In this document: positions 11,395-20,734 of the stretch, piece by piece
How the letters are laid out: each line of letters opens with the position of its first letter
Position numbering within the stretch: position 1 is the stretch's first letter
Assembly: GCF_006345805.1 (NCBI RefSeq)
Contig: NW_021834034.1
Span: 1-27,100, forward strand
Length of the DNA stretch: 27,100 nucleotides
Direction: 5' to 3'
Origin: Octopus sinensis
Taxonomy: Eukaryota
The notes under the pieces: generated by a model
What the model was told of the DNA's origin: nothing
Database searches by the model: none
Seen by the model: only the letters and a program-made list of their open reading frames with translations
Position numbers and translations under genes: made by a program

Positions 11395-11396
<2 letters not shown>
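11103..11396 (+). mobile_element. R4/Dong-like LINE 3' end with 5' inversion: 11103-11363 antisense, 11364-11396 sense 3' terminus, then an AAT tail
   Basis: The minus strand of 11103-11363 translates as KIEKY*DLA*ELGRLWKTKTAIILVIIGALGTPPKM..KRQKEIGIE....LQQSTIVYSVRILRRFL. 11364-11396 matches the 3' terminus of the neighbouring copy (11680-11713). Confidence 0.8.
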
Positions 11397-11470
<74 letters not shown>

Positions 11471-11471
<1 letters not shown>

Positions 11472-11711
11472 CCAGCGTACTGAGGAGACTGTGGCAGACC
11501 AAGACAACAATTATTCCTGTAGTAATTGGTGTAATTGGCACGATACCCAAAATGCTACCTAAGAGACTGAGAGGAGATCGGAATTGAAACTCGCTCTGTC
11601 GACCTGCAGAAAAGAGCCATTCTATATTCTGCAAGAATCCTGAGAAACATGGGTGGGATTCGAGATAACTTGAAAATAAAATACCTGCTAACTAAATTAG
11701 CATGCACTAGC

Positions 11712-11713
<2 letters not shown>
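11471..11713 (+). mobile_element. 5'-truncated R4/Dong-like LINE 3' end (same subfamily as 11103-11396)
   Basis: Translates with a frameshift as LRRLWQTKTTIIPVVIGVIGTIPKMLPKRL/EIGIETRSVDLQKRAILYSARILR; (AAT)n on both sides. Confidence 0.85.
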
Positions 11714-11796
<83 letters not shown>

Positions 11797-11807
11797 TAAT
11801 AATAATG

Positions 11808-11855
<48 letters not shown>

Positions 11856-11912
11856 TTAATAATAATAATGATAATATAATGATAATAATAATAATGATAA
11901 TAATAATAATAA

Positions 11913-11944
<32 letters not shown>

Positions 11945-11971
11945 TAATAATAATAATAATAATAATAATAA

Positions 11972-12020
<49 letters not shown>
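11713..12020. repeat. (AAT)n microsatellite; related AAT tracts at 10530-10590, 11396-11470 and 12573-12606
   Basis: Direct reading. Confidence 0.97.
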
Positions 12021-12572
12021 GCCCTGATGCAGTACCAGGCAGTGGCTCTCATGGCTTCTGATCTTAACTGATTGGAAGTGTTATCATGTACATTGTTTTG
12101 TCTTGGTATAAAAGATGGGCTACAGCAAATATTCTGCTCAATACCACAGATTTGCTTGTCAGTTGTTTGACCTTAACCAGTTGAGCATGTCCCTTAGTGG
12201 CTGACGATATGTGCATCTCTGATCACGAGCAAAGTAGTGGGGAGCATCATAGCCATGTGTTGAGAGGGATTCTTTGGGGTTTGAATAGTTCACCTCTGGA
12301 AACATGGGTGGTTCTTTCAACATCCTTAAACAACCCTTATTCAGGGACCGTTTGAGCGGGATGGGCTACTCAACCTGAAGAAAATTCTAACTGGGTCCCA
12401 CCTGCAAGGTCATGTGCTGTTTATCTTGATATGAGGTCACCATGTCGCGCACATATGGTTGTGATGCATGTGCCTGGTGTACCCTTATCAGACGGGTAGT
12501 CATGAGGGGTATACTGGGCTTCGTATATTTTACCCCAGTGTCACTTTGATGGCATGCTCTGCTCGCTCACTC
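12021..12572. mobile_element. Unclassified about 550-bp non-coding insertion bounded by (AAT)n on both sides
   Basis: Sharp boundaries with AAT arrays, balanced base composition, no TIR, no tRNA head and no recognisable ORF. Its repeat status is inferred. Confidence 0.5.
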
Positions 12573-12608
<36 letters not shown>

Positions 12609-12656
12609 CATCTGCAAACAGTGTACTGGTGTCATGAGAAATGTTTATATAATATG

Positions 12657-12805
12657 ACCGTCTGTCTTGACGTTTTGATTTCAAATTCTGCCGAGATCGA
12701 CTTTGCCTTTCGTTTTTTCGGGTTCGATAAATTGAGTATCAGTTGTGTACTGGGATCGATCTAATCAACTGGCCTCCTCCCCACAAAAAATTCAGGCCTA
12801 GAAAA
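12657..12805 (+). mobile_element. SINE family B, headless diverged fragment
   Basis: ttcaaattctgccgagatcgactttgcctttc...ttcgataaattgagtatcag...tactgggatcgatctaatc. Confidence 0.75.
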
Positions 12806-13073
12806 GTATATTGTAACAGTTACAGAATATAGAAAGTAATGTAGCACCAATGACTATATAATCCGACCAAAATATCTTTGTTACACAAACGTAAACAGAA
12901 TTACTATTTAGCGTTAAAATACGTACATACTCGAAGAACCTTAATGTACAAATTGAAATGCAAAAGAACGAAATAATAAATTGATTTATCAATAAAATTT
13001 GGTAATTGCGTTTATTTCTACCAGGCGACACTTATTATTGCAAACATGTTTTAACTAACCTAAACTACACACA

Positions 13074-13123
<50 letters not shown>

Positions 13124-13149
13124 TCATATACATTATATGTCTCGAGTTG

Positions 13150-13275
13150 TAGCTGTAATTCAAAGGGTCCAACCTTGTCATATTCTGTGTGAGGCTGAAC
13201 CTCCCTGAGAACTGCGTTAATGTTATGCATGTCTGTGGAGTACTCATCAATTTGTGAGTTAATTTTATCCTAGTG
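13150..13275 (+). mobile_element. SINE family C internal fragment
   Basis: ttcaaaggg...ccttgtca...ctgaacctccctgagaact.cgtt...tatgcatgtctgtggagtactca is colinear with 14822-14920. Confidence 0.7.
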
Positions 13276-13711
13276 TGGTAATGAAAAGTGAAATTGACAG
13301 CCAATATTTGCTGTGTGTATGTATCTATGTTTGAACTTTTCTTTGGATTCATGTATTTACTGTCTCTCTCTTCCTTTCTCTTTCTCTTTCACTTCCTTTA
13401 TGTCCCATATCTCTCTCGCTTTTGATTTAACAATGTGTATATGTATCTATGTATCTACTTCTCTTGCGTTGTGATAAACATTTTAAAACACAAAACGAAC
13501 GCCGTCACCACCCACTGTCTCTTTCTCTCTCTCTCTTTCTCTCTCACTCTCCCTTTCTCTCTGTCCTCGCTGTCCTCCTCCTCCTCTTTCTCTCTCTCTC
13601 TTTGCCACTTCTTTGAGGTACGTGTGACGCAGACAACAGGTTCGTACTAAAACAAAAGTTATCATATTAATATTATTGATAATGATGATGATCGTGATAA
13701 TAATAATGATA

Positions 13712-14040
13712 ATCCTTTCTACTGGAGACACAAGGCCTGAAATTTAGAGGGGAAGGGAAAAGTCGATTAGATCGACCCAGTACTCAACTGGTACTTAATT
13801 TATCGATCTCCGAACGGATGAAAGGCAAAGGCGACCTCGGCGGAATTTGAACTCAGAACGTAGCGGCAACCATAATTGTTTCCAATTTTGTCACAAGGAC
13901 AGCAGTCTTGATGGAGAGTGGATGAATCGATTACATTGACCCCAGTGTTCAACTGGTACTTATTTTATCGACCCTGAAAGGATAAAAGGCAAGGTTGACT
14001 TCGGCAGTATTTGAACTCGGGACGTGAAGAAATGCCGTTA

Positions 14041-14089
<49 letters not shown>

Positions 14090-14216
14090 CCTTTCTACTA
14101 TTGGGAGAGGCGGATAGTCGATTGCATCGACCCCAGTGCGTAACTGGTACTTATTTTCTTGACCCCAAAAGGGATGAAAGGCAAATTCAGCCTCGGTGGA
14201 ATTTGAACTCAGAACT
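13712..14216 (-). mobile_element. Three tandem headless SINE family B copies (13712-13868, 13871-14039, 14088-14216)
   Basis: Each carries the reverse-complement core gaccc(c)agt...aactggtactta.ttt..cgacc..gaa.ggat.aaaggcaa...atttgaactc.g. Confidence 0.85.
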
Positions 14217-14420
14217 TCCTAACCAAACAACCCAGCTTTGTCAATTAAAAAAAAAAATGTAGCTTTCTTTTTATAGGTCTGTGAGTAACGGTTTCATTTC
14301 TATTTCTATTTCCGCCTAATTCTATGTAAATGTCTGTATTAATTCTAAAAAATATTCAAATTTATGCATAATGAGTCGACGGGGAAATATGAAATGTGAA
14401 CAAACTGATTAAATTTAGTT

Positions 14421-14436
14421 TCACCAGATGGCGCTG
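14421..14436 (+). promoter_or_regulatory. Candidate CTCF-binding motif
   Basis: TCACCAGATGGCGCTG closely matches the CTCF core consensus CCACYAGRKGGCRS, and sits in a short non-microsatellite stretch. Motif match only. Confidence 0.3.
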
Positions 14437-14484
14437 ACAGCTCGATGGAAGTATTTTCACATAGTTAACCCCCAGTTCAACCCG

Positions 14485-14660
14485 ACCACCACCACCACCA
14501 GCACCACCACCACCCTAACCACCACTACCACTGCCATAATTACCATTACCACCACCACCACCACCACCAACACCACTAACACCACCACTACCAACTAACA
14601 CCACGACCAACAACAACAATACCACTAACACCATCACCACCACCACCACCACCACCAACC
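14485..14660. repeat. (ACC)n-rich microsatellite
   Basis: Direct reading. Confidence 0.9.
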
Positions 14661-14684
14661 ACAAGAATCCTCAGCACGATCACT

Positions 14685-15000
14685 GCGTATTTTAGTGATT
14701 TGGGTATTCGACTAACGATCGCAAGGTTGTGAGTTCGATTCCCAACGGCGCGTTCTGTCCTTGAGCAAGGTACTTTATTCCACGCTGCTCCTGTCCATTC
14801 GGCTACCAAAAAGGATTTGCAGCTGTGTTTCAAAGGACTCGCCTTGTTACGTTCTGTATAACACTGAATCCCCCTGAGAACTTACGTTGAAGCTATGCAT
14901 GTCTGTGGAGTACTCAGCCACTTGCACGATTTCACGAGCAGGCTTTTCTCTTGATCGGACCAGCTGGAACCCAAGCCGTCGTAATCGGTGGAGCGCCAGT
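14685..15000 (+). mobile_element. tRNA-derived SINE family C (CORE-like), diverged full length
   Basis: A-box like tagtgatttgg, B-box gagttcgattccc (about 14730-14742), then the CORE-like gtccttgagcaaggtacttt; shares its body with 13150-13275. Confidence 0.75.
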
Positions 15001-15334
15001 TTTTTGATATATCGTTGCCACAAAAACAACAACAACAACAATTAATGATACCGTGAAGCAAATGGGGAAGATTCTGTGCTCGTTCCTTTCACTAGAAACA
15101 ATAGCTAGATGTTCCTCATATCGCGCATCGTATAGTTTTAGAAACGTAATATACACAGTGCATAGTATAATGTAGTCCTAGGTAGATTGTGCTTTTGAAA
15201 AAAAAGAAAGGGTCGCAATTATTACGGCTGGGAGTCTTCGGTCATGTATTTGCTGAACCCTAGTTTGCCTACAGCTACATAAAGAGAACTGTAATTAACA
15301 GGAAACCGCCCAGAAGGCGTAACAACATGCGATA

Positions 15335-15715
15335 TTATAGGCATGGAGCCTGAAATTTAATGGGAGGGAGCTAGTCGATTACGTTGACCCCCAGTACTCA
15401 ACTGGTACTTATTTTTATCAACCCGAAGAATGAAAGGCAAAGTCCACCTCGGCGGAATTTGGACGTAGAACGTAAGAAAGAGACGAGATTCCGCAAAGTA
15501 TTTTGCCCGGCGCGTTAACGGTTCTGCTAGCTTTACCGCCTTAAAGATAAGAATGGTTTCAGGTTTTGGCACAAGACCTGGAATTCTGGAGGCGGGGGGG
15601 GGTAGTCAAATACATCGACCCCAGTGTTTAACTGGTACTTATTTTATCGACCTCGAAAGGGAGGGAAGACAAAATCGACCTCGATGTTAAACTGGAACTC
15701 AAAATGTTAAGACGT
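15335..15715 (-). mobile_element. Two SINE family B copies (15335-15543 with head; 15558-15715 headless)
   Basis: Reverse-complement cores at about 15390-15460 and 15615-15700; head ends gctttaccgcctt at 15543. Confidence 0.8.
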
Positions 15716-15834
15716 TCCGTCTTAATATATTCATGTCATATTTCCTGATAATGATTACCCATGATGGGTAAAAGTTTGGTCCCTAAGTTACCCATCACAT
15801 AACGGGTTACACCCTAGTAAACATACATACATAC

Positions 15835-16388
15835 TTGGTGGCTGCCCCCTCGTTATCGAGTATGGCCATTGCATGAAGCTTAATCAAAGTTGTTATCGTG
15901 CAATGCCTGTGCAAGAAGATTTTTCTTTAAAGTGAGTAAAGGCTGTGCACTGAGTCAATCCCACTCACTAAGCAACAGCAGCCATAATCCGAAAAGAAGA
16001 ACAAGTCAACATCAGCGGTAAACACTGAGCCGCAGGTTTTATGTCGGAGTTATTCCAGTTACCTGAGTTACCTTCTCCTAGAAAGAGAGCCCTAACAAAG
16101 GCTAGGAGTCTTTCACTCCCAATGGTTAACCGCGCGATCGGGTATTCAGTCCAATTATTTCTATGTCCCCGCGCATGATACAGCCTTAAGACATTTTTGG
16201 ATGGCCGTTGACTCTCAAGAGTTCCCCGCCCTTTGACGTGACGGGTTTTGTTTTTCATCCCGCAGGGTGTCAATAAACACCCTCCTCACCAAGCAAGCTT
16301 GGTGGGGTTACCGGTTTAGTCGCCGACTCCCCGACCAGCAAAAGGTTGTACTGGGTACATGTTACCAGTAGCACTCGAAAGTGACCTG
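15835..16388 (-). mobile_element. About 555-bp non-autonomous retroelement (RTE-like UTR fusion) flanked by (ACAT)n on both sides
   Basis: Bounded by acatacatacatac (15821-15834) and (ACAT)n from 16389. The minus strand contains ctaggagaaggtaactc (16065-16081), resembling the GGAGAAGGAAAACTC motif I associate with RTE 5' UTRs, and several perfect hairpins at its 5' end. Family call is inference. Confidence 0.55.
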
Positions 16389-16530
16389 ACATACATACAT
16401 ACATACATACATACATTACTTACATACATACATACATTACATACATACTACATACATACATAAATACATACATACATACATACATTCATACATACCACTC
16501 ATACAAACGTATATATATCTATATATATAT

Positions 16531-16580
<50 letters not shown>
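16389..16580. repeat. (ACAT)n then (TA)n
   Basis: Direct reading. Confidence 0.95.
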
Positions 16581-16582
<2 letters not shown>

Positions 16583-16674
16583 TTAAATAATGATGGTAGA
16601 AATTAATATTAATTTAAACCAGTGGCCTAGCATACTTTAAAAAATCCGAAAATTAGGAAATCATATTACATACA

Positions 16675-16796
16675 TATATAAGAGGAATAAACCACCAAGG
16701 TGGATTCCTAATATAGTAGAAACGCCAAATCGTGGTAAGACGATTCGGCGGCTTCTAGCATATAGAAATCCACCATGTGGTTATTCCACTTATATA
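16675..16796. repeat. Imperfect about 120-bp palindrome (about 58-bp arms, 6-nt loop ggtaag)
   Basis: Left arm tatataagaggaataaaccaccaaggtggattcctaatatagtagaaacgccaaatcgt versus the reverse complement of the right arm tatataagtggaataaccacatggtggatttctatatgctagaagccgccgaatcgt. Confidence 0.85.
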
Positions 16797-16798
16797 TA

Positions 16799-16857
<59 letters not shown>

Positions 16858-17175
16858 ATAATCTCCGAAGAGGTTTTAGGATATTTTTGTTAATGTCTCA
16901 TTTATAACTACGAGACATACTTATCTGCATGGCCGAAACAGCTGTAAGATATAGTCTATATCTATACTTATATTTACTTATTTTTATATTATCTTATACA
17001 TATTGTACTTACTGTATAACATTACTCCTTTATGTACACTCCTTTATGTACACTATTTTGTTTTAATTATTAGGTTTGTCCTTACAGTTTCTTATGTGGT
17101 GGTTTAATAAAGGAGGTGATTGGGTATTATCTGGTAATCGATATTTGACTTAGATGTATTTCTATTTTCTTATTT
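16858..17175 (+). mobile_element. PLE-type terminal fragment between TA tracts, with a decayed hammerhead (16908-16948)
   Basis: ctacgag...catggcc-GAAACAGCTGTA-aga: GAAAC and the palindromic stem III are kept, but the CTGANGA core is eroded. Confidence 0.45.
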
Positions 17176-17176
17176 G

Positions 17177-17232
<56 letters not shown>

Positions 17233-19050
17233 AAAAAATGAAGTTTGAAAATGCTGCTATATTAGACAAATTTTAATTTTTATATATACATTATTTATTC
17301 AACATGTTTCGGTTCTTGAAATGACGAACCTTATAAAAAAAAATTATATATAAAAAAGATAGTTCATGCTATCAAATATAAAAAATTCATATATAATATT
17401 CAATAGAGTCAAACATAAAAAATTCATATATAGTAAAGCGAGTCCATGCTATATGTTTAAAGAGTATGATGTAGTAGTTCATGGTGGTGATATGCATTCA
17501 ATAGAGTCAAATATAAAAAAATCATGTCCTTGAAAAAGCGAGGAATTCATTTTAGATTTTACCTTGTGTTCCAATGGGAGCAACTGTAATGATTTTTGGT
17601 TGGATGTCTGTTCGTATAGTTTTGGTGAATTTTGTGAATTGTTTGGGGTTTATATCAGCTCAGCTTAGCTGTCTCACTTGCATTTTTCACTGACGTCATA
17701 TAGTTCCCAACCAATAAACTCAGTCTCAACGAATATATCCTGTTAGGAAACTAACCAAGCAGAACGACAGTTTGGCCACGGAAGAAATACGTCATCCTTG
17801 TTTTTGACGGATTGAAATTAGATCTCATCCATGACTGTATCCTGTTAGGTGGCTAGTCCAGCGGAACGAGACGTCATCAATGTTTTGACCAATCATCTCG
17901 TTAGGTGGCTAGTCCAGCAGAACGGGACGTCATCAATTTTTGGACTAATCATCCCGTTAGGTGGCTAGTCCAGCAGAACGAGACGTCATCAATGTTTTGA
18001 CCAATCAGAATCGGGTCTGACCATAGCTGTATTAGATCTGACCTGACTGTATCCTGTTAGGTGGCTAGTCCAGCGGAACGAGACGTCATCAATGTTTTGA
18101 CCAATCAGAATCGGGTCTGACCCTTAGCTGTATCGTGTGTGGAAACCGACCAAGCAGGGTGACATGGCTTGCCCACTGAGGTAATACGTCATCAGTTTCT
18201 TGACGAATCAAGATTAGATCTGTCGTAGAGATCTTTTTATAATTTTTTCTTTCCCTAAGACATATCTCTGTCAGTGTGAGTGACTGTTTAAGGCAGCGGC
18301 CGTGGTAGAATTTCGCTTCTCCTTTTCGGAGGACCATGTTTTGTTTTAATATTCCTGGCCAGGGTGTTCAAACTTGGTCTAAATTTTTGATGAAAACAGA
18401 TTTATTTGGCGTTGCGTGAAGGTTTACGCTGTCACTGAATTTATAAAGCGGGTAGTTGTAAATTTCGGATTTATATTTCCAGCACATCTATCTATGTGTC
18501 CGCTGACCGGTATTTTCCGGTATTCAGGGTTTCTAATTTGTGATTTATGCACCGCCATCCGTTACGTAAGCTATTTTTGTATGGCTTATATACTGCTATT
18601 GCAGCCTGCGCATGTTAAGACGTAAATTAGTTTTCTGATGCGCAGGTGAAGTTTGCTCTAATGGTGAACTGATGGCCTTGTTCTAGTATAAATTCTGAAC
18701 CTTCTATCAAGATGACACAGATTCCGCAATGTTTGTTTCTATGTCATAAAAACAGGTTTTACATTAAATTGAAGGAGCACTCAATACATTTTGTAGGGCG
18801 CAAACTTATCATTCTTAAACAAAAATAATACTGAATGTGACTTCGAAGTTTCTGCTATTATGAAACTGTAATGCATTTAAATTCATCTTGACTTTATATA
18901 GTCTCTGCTAAATTAAAAATTTTCACAATGACCTGAGTTCTGTTGAATGATAATTAGGTTGTGGTGGTCAGATGGCATGGAAAATTCTATTGATTAGATT
19001 TCAGGTAAGCGCTAATTGTTAGAATTTGTTCATGCATGTATAGCTTTGTA
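17233..19050 (-). mobile_element. Decayed 5'-truncated Penelope-like element: linker plus GIY-YIG endonuclease remnant (about 18290-18990) and a long 3' terminal region
   Basis: Minus-strand translation across frameshifts gives CGICVILIEGSEFILEQGHQFTIRANFTCASEN/IYVLTCAGC../QYISHTK/SLR/RMAVHKSQIRNPEYRKIPVSGHIDRCAGNINPKF.../FIK/FRPSLN. This is the CxxC...FTC...IY..TC..C...YIG.T...R...H pattern of PLE GIY-YIG domains. A hammerhead remnant (17301-17336) and AATAAA lie near the distal end. The upstream boundary is approximate. Confidence 0.8.
17839..18133. repeat. 56-bp minisatellite inside the PLE 3' region: three tandem units plus a fourth after a 44-bp interval
   Basis: Units at 17839-17894, 17895-17950, 17951-18006 and 18051-18106 (atcctgttaggtggctagtccagcggaacgagacgtcatcaatgttttgaccaatc); agaatcgggtctgacc..agctgtat follows units 3 and 4. 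Confidence 0.95.
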
Positions 19051-19214
19051 ATTAGGTGTGTATGTTTAGGTGTGACAGCTTAAGGACATGGGCATTCATA
19101 AAAGAGTGCAGTTAGGTTGCTGATCAGATCTGTCACTTGTTGGTCGGGGGACGTAATGCTCGTTCATGGTGGGATACGAAACCATGACCTTTAGAATAGA
19201 GGTCATCAGGTCAT

Positions 19215-19359
19215 ATTTTATGTTGATGGTGGTGGTGGTGGTGGTGGCTCGTGGAGATGACGGTGGTGATAATAATAAGAATTTGATGTTGGTGGTATTG
19301 TGGAAGCTGATAATGATGACGACGATGATGATAACAACAAAAGCTGAAATAGAAATAGA

Positions 19360-19418
<59 letters not shown>

Positions 19419-19441
19419 TAATGATAATAATAATAATAATA

Positions 19442-19482
<41 letters not shown>

Positions 19483-19491
19483 TAATAAAAA

Positions 19492-19554
<63 letters not shown>

Positions 19555-19745
19555 CAACAACAATAACAACAAACGACGACAACAACTGTTGACGTCATTG
19601 TCACCACCAGCAAGCACTACGAAGTACCACCGCCGCCGCTACCGCTATCGCCGCCGCCACCGTCCCCGCTGCCGCCGCCACCGCCGCCGTCGCCACCGTC
19701 ACAACCCTCCCCACCACCACCACCACCATCATCATCATGACGTGA
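19215..19745. repeat. Compound GGT/GAT, (AAT)n/(AAC)n, then (CCG)/(CAC)/(CAT) tracts
   Basis: Direct reading. Confidence 0.9.
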
Positions 19746-20099
19746 CGGTATCAGTGGTGGTGCGTATGTCAACAATGTTATATCAGAGAAGGTGTTGAAA
19801 TCTGTCTTGTACTGAAAGAAGAAACATGAAAAGCCCCGTCACTCCCCACCCACCCGACTCCGCCCGTTTGGCTCATTAAGCTGCAACATATAGCAATGTG
19901 ACACACGATGTACAAACAACTAAACGTTGATCAGACACAATCTTCCTCTCTCTTTTTCTCTGTCTATCTGCCTGTCTCTCGTCTCTCTCTCTCTTTCTGA
20001 AAATCCCCCTTTTCCTCTTTGCTTTTCTCAAACTCTCATTCACTTCTAATCTGACTCCATTACCATCTCTACTGCTCTTACTTCATCTTATTCTTTTTC

Positions 20100-20212
20100 A
20101 TAAATATATCCCCAAATATATATTTATATACACACATACCTACTTAACATACATCCGTACAAACTATTACCTACATTTATACACATGTATATACAAAATA
20201 ATATATATATAC

Positions 20213-20248
<36 letters not shown>

Positions 20249-20254
20249 TATATC

Positions 20255-20316
<62 letters not shown>

Positions 20317-20450
20317 CATATATATATATAATATATTATATATTATATATATATATATATATATGTATATACACATTTATATATATATATATACAAATAT
20401 ACCTACATTTATACACATGTATATACAAACATATATATATATATATATGT
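20100..20450. repeat. (TA)n tract bracketed by a perfect 30-bp direct repeat
   Basis: tacctacatttatacacatgtatatacaaa at 20168-20197 and 20400-20429. Confidence 0.85.
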
Positions 20451-20680
20451 ACAAACACCTATGCACATGTAGAACCATACACACATGTCTATGCATACAT
20501 AGATGCATGTTCAGTCATAGACTGCCTTCGTCCTCCAACGAAATACGACATACAAAAACCCAGCCAATAAATTGGATCAGAAAGATCACATCTCCAGTGA
20601 TTTGTCAACATTTCACGTTGACAAATCTCAAAATTACATCTTCAACGGTCTTTTACATCTCTCTCTCTTTCTCTTTCTCT

Positions 20681-20734
<54 letters not shown>

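Noticed and set aside
17839-18133. Repeat-interval-repeat pattern suggestive of a CRISPR array
   Set aside because: Units are 56 bp and mostly abut directly, the single interval is itself partly repeated, there are no cas genes, and the context is a eukaryotic PLE 3' region.
18089-18625. ORFs 18089..18337 (-) and 18416..18625 (+)
   Set aside because: They are off-frame or antisense readings of the PLE remnant and its 3' region; the real homology is the frameshifted GIY-YIG on the minus strand.
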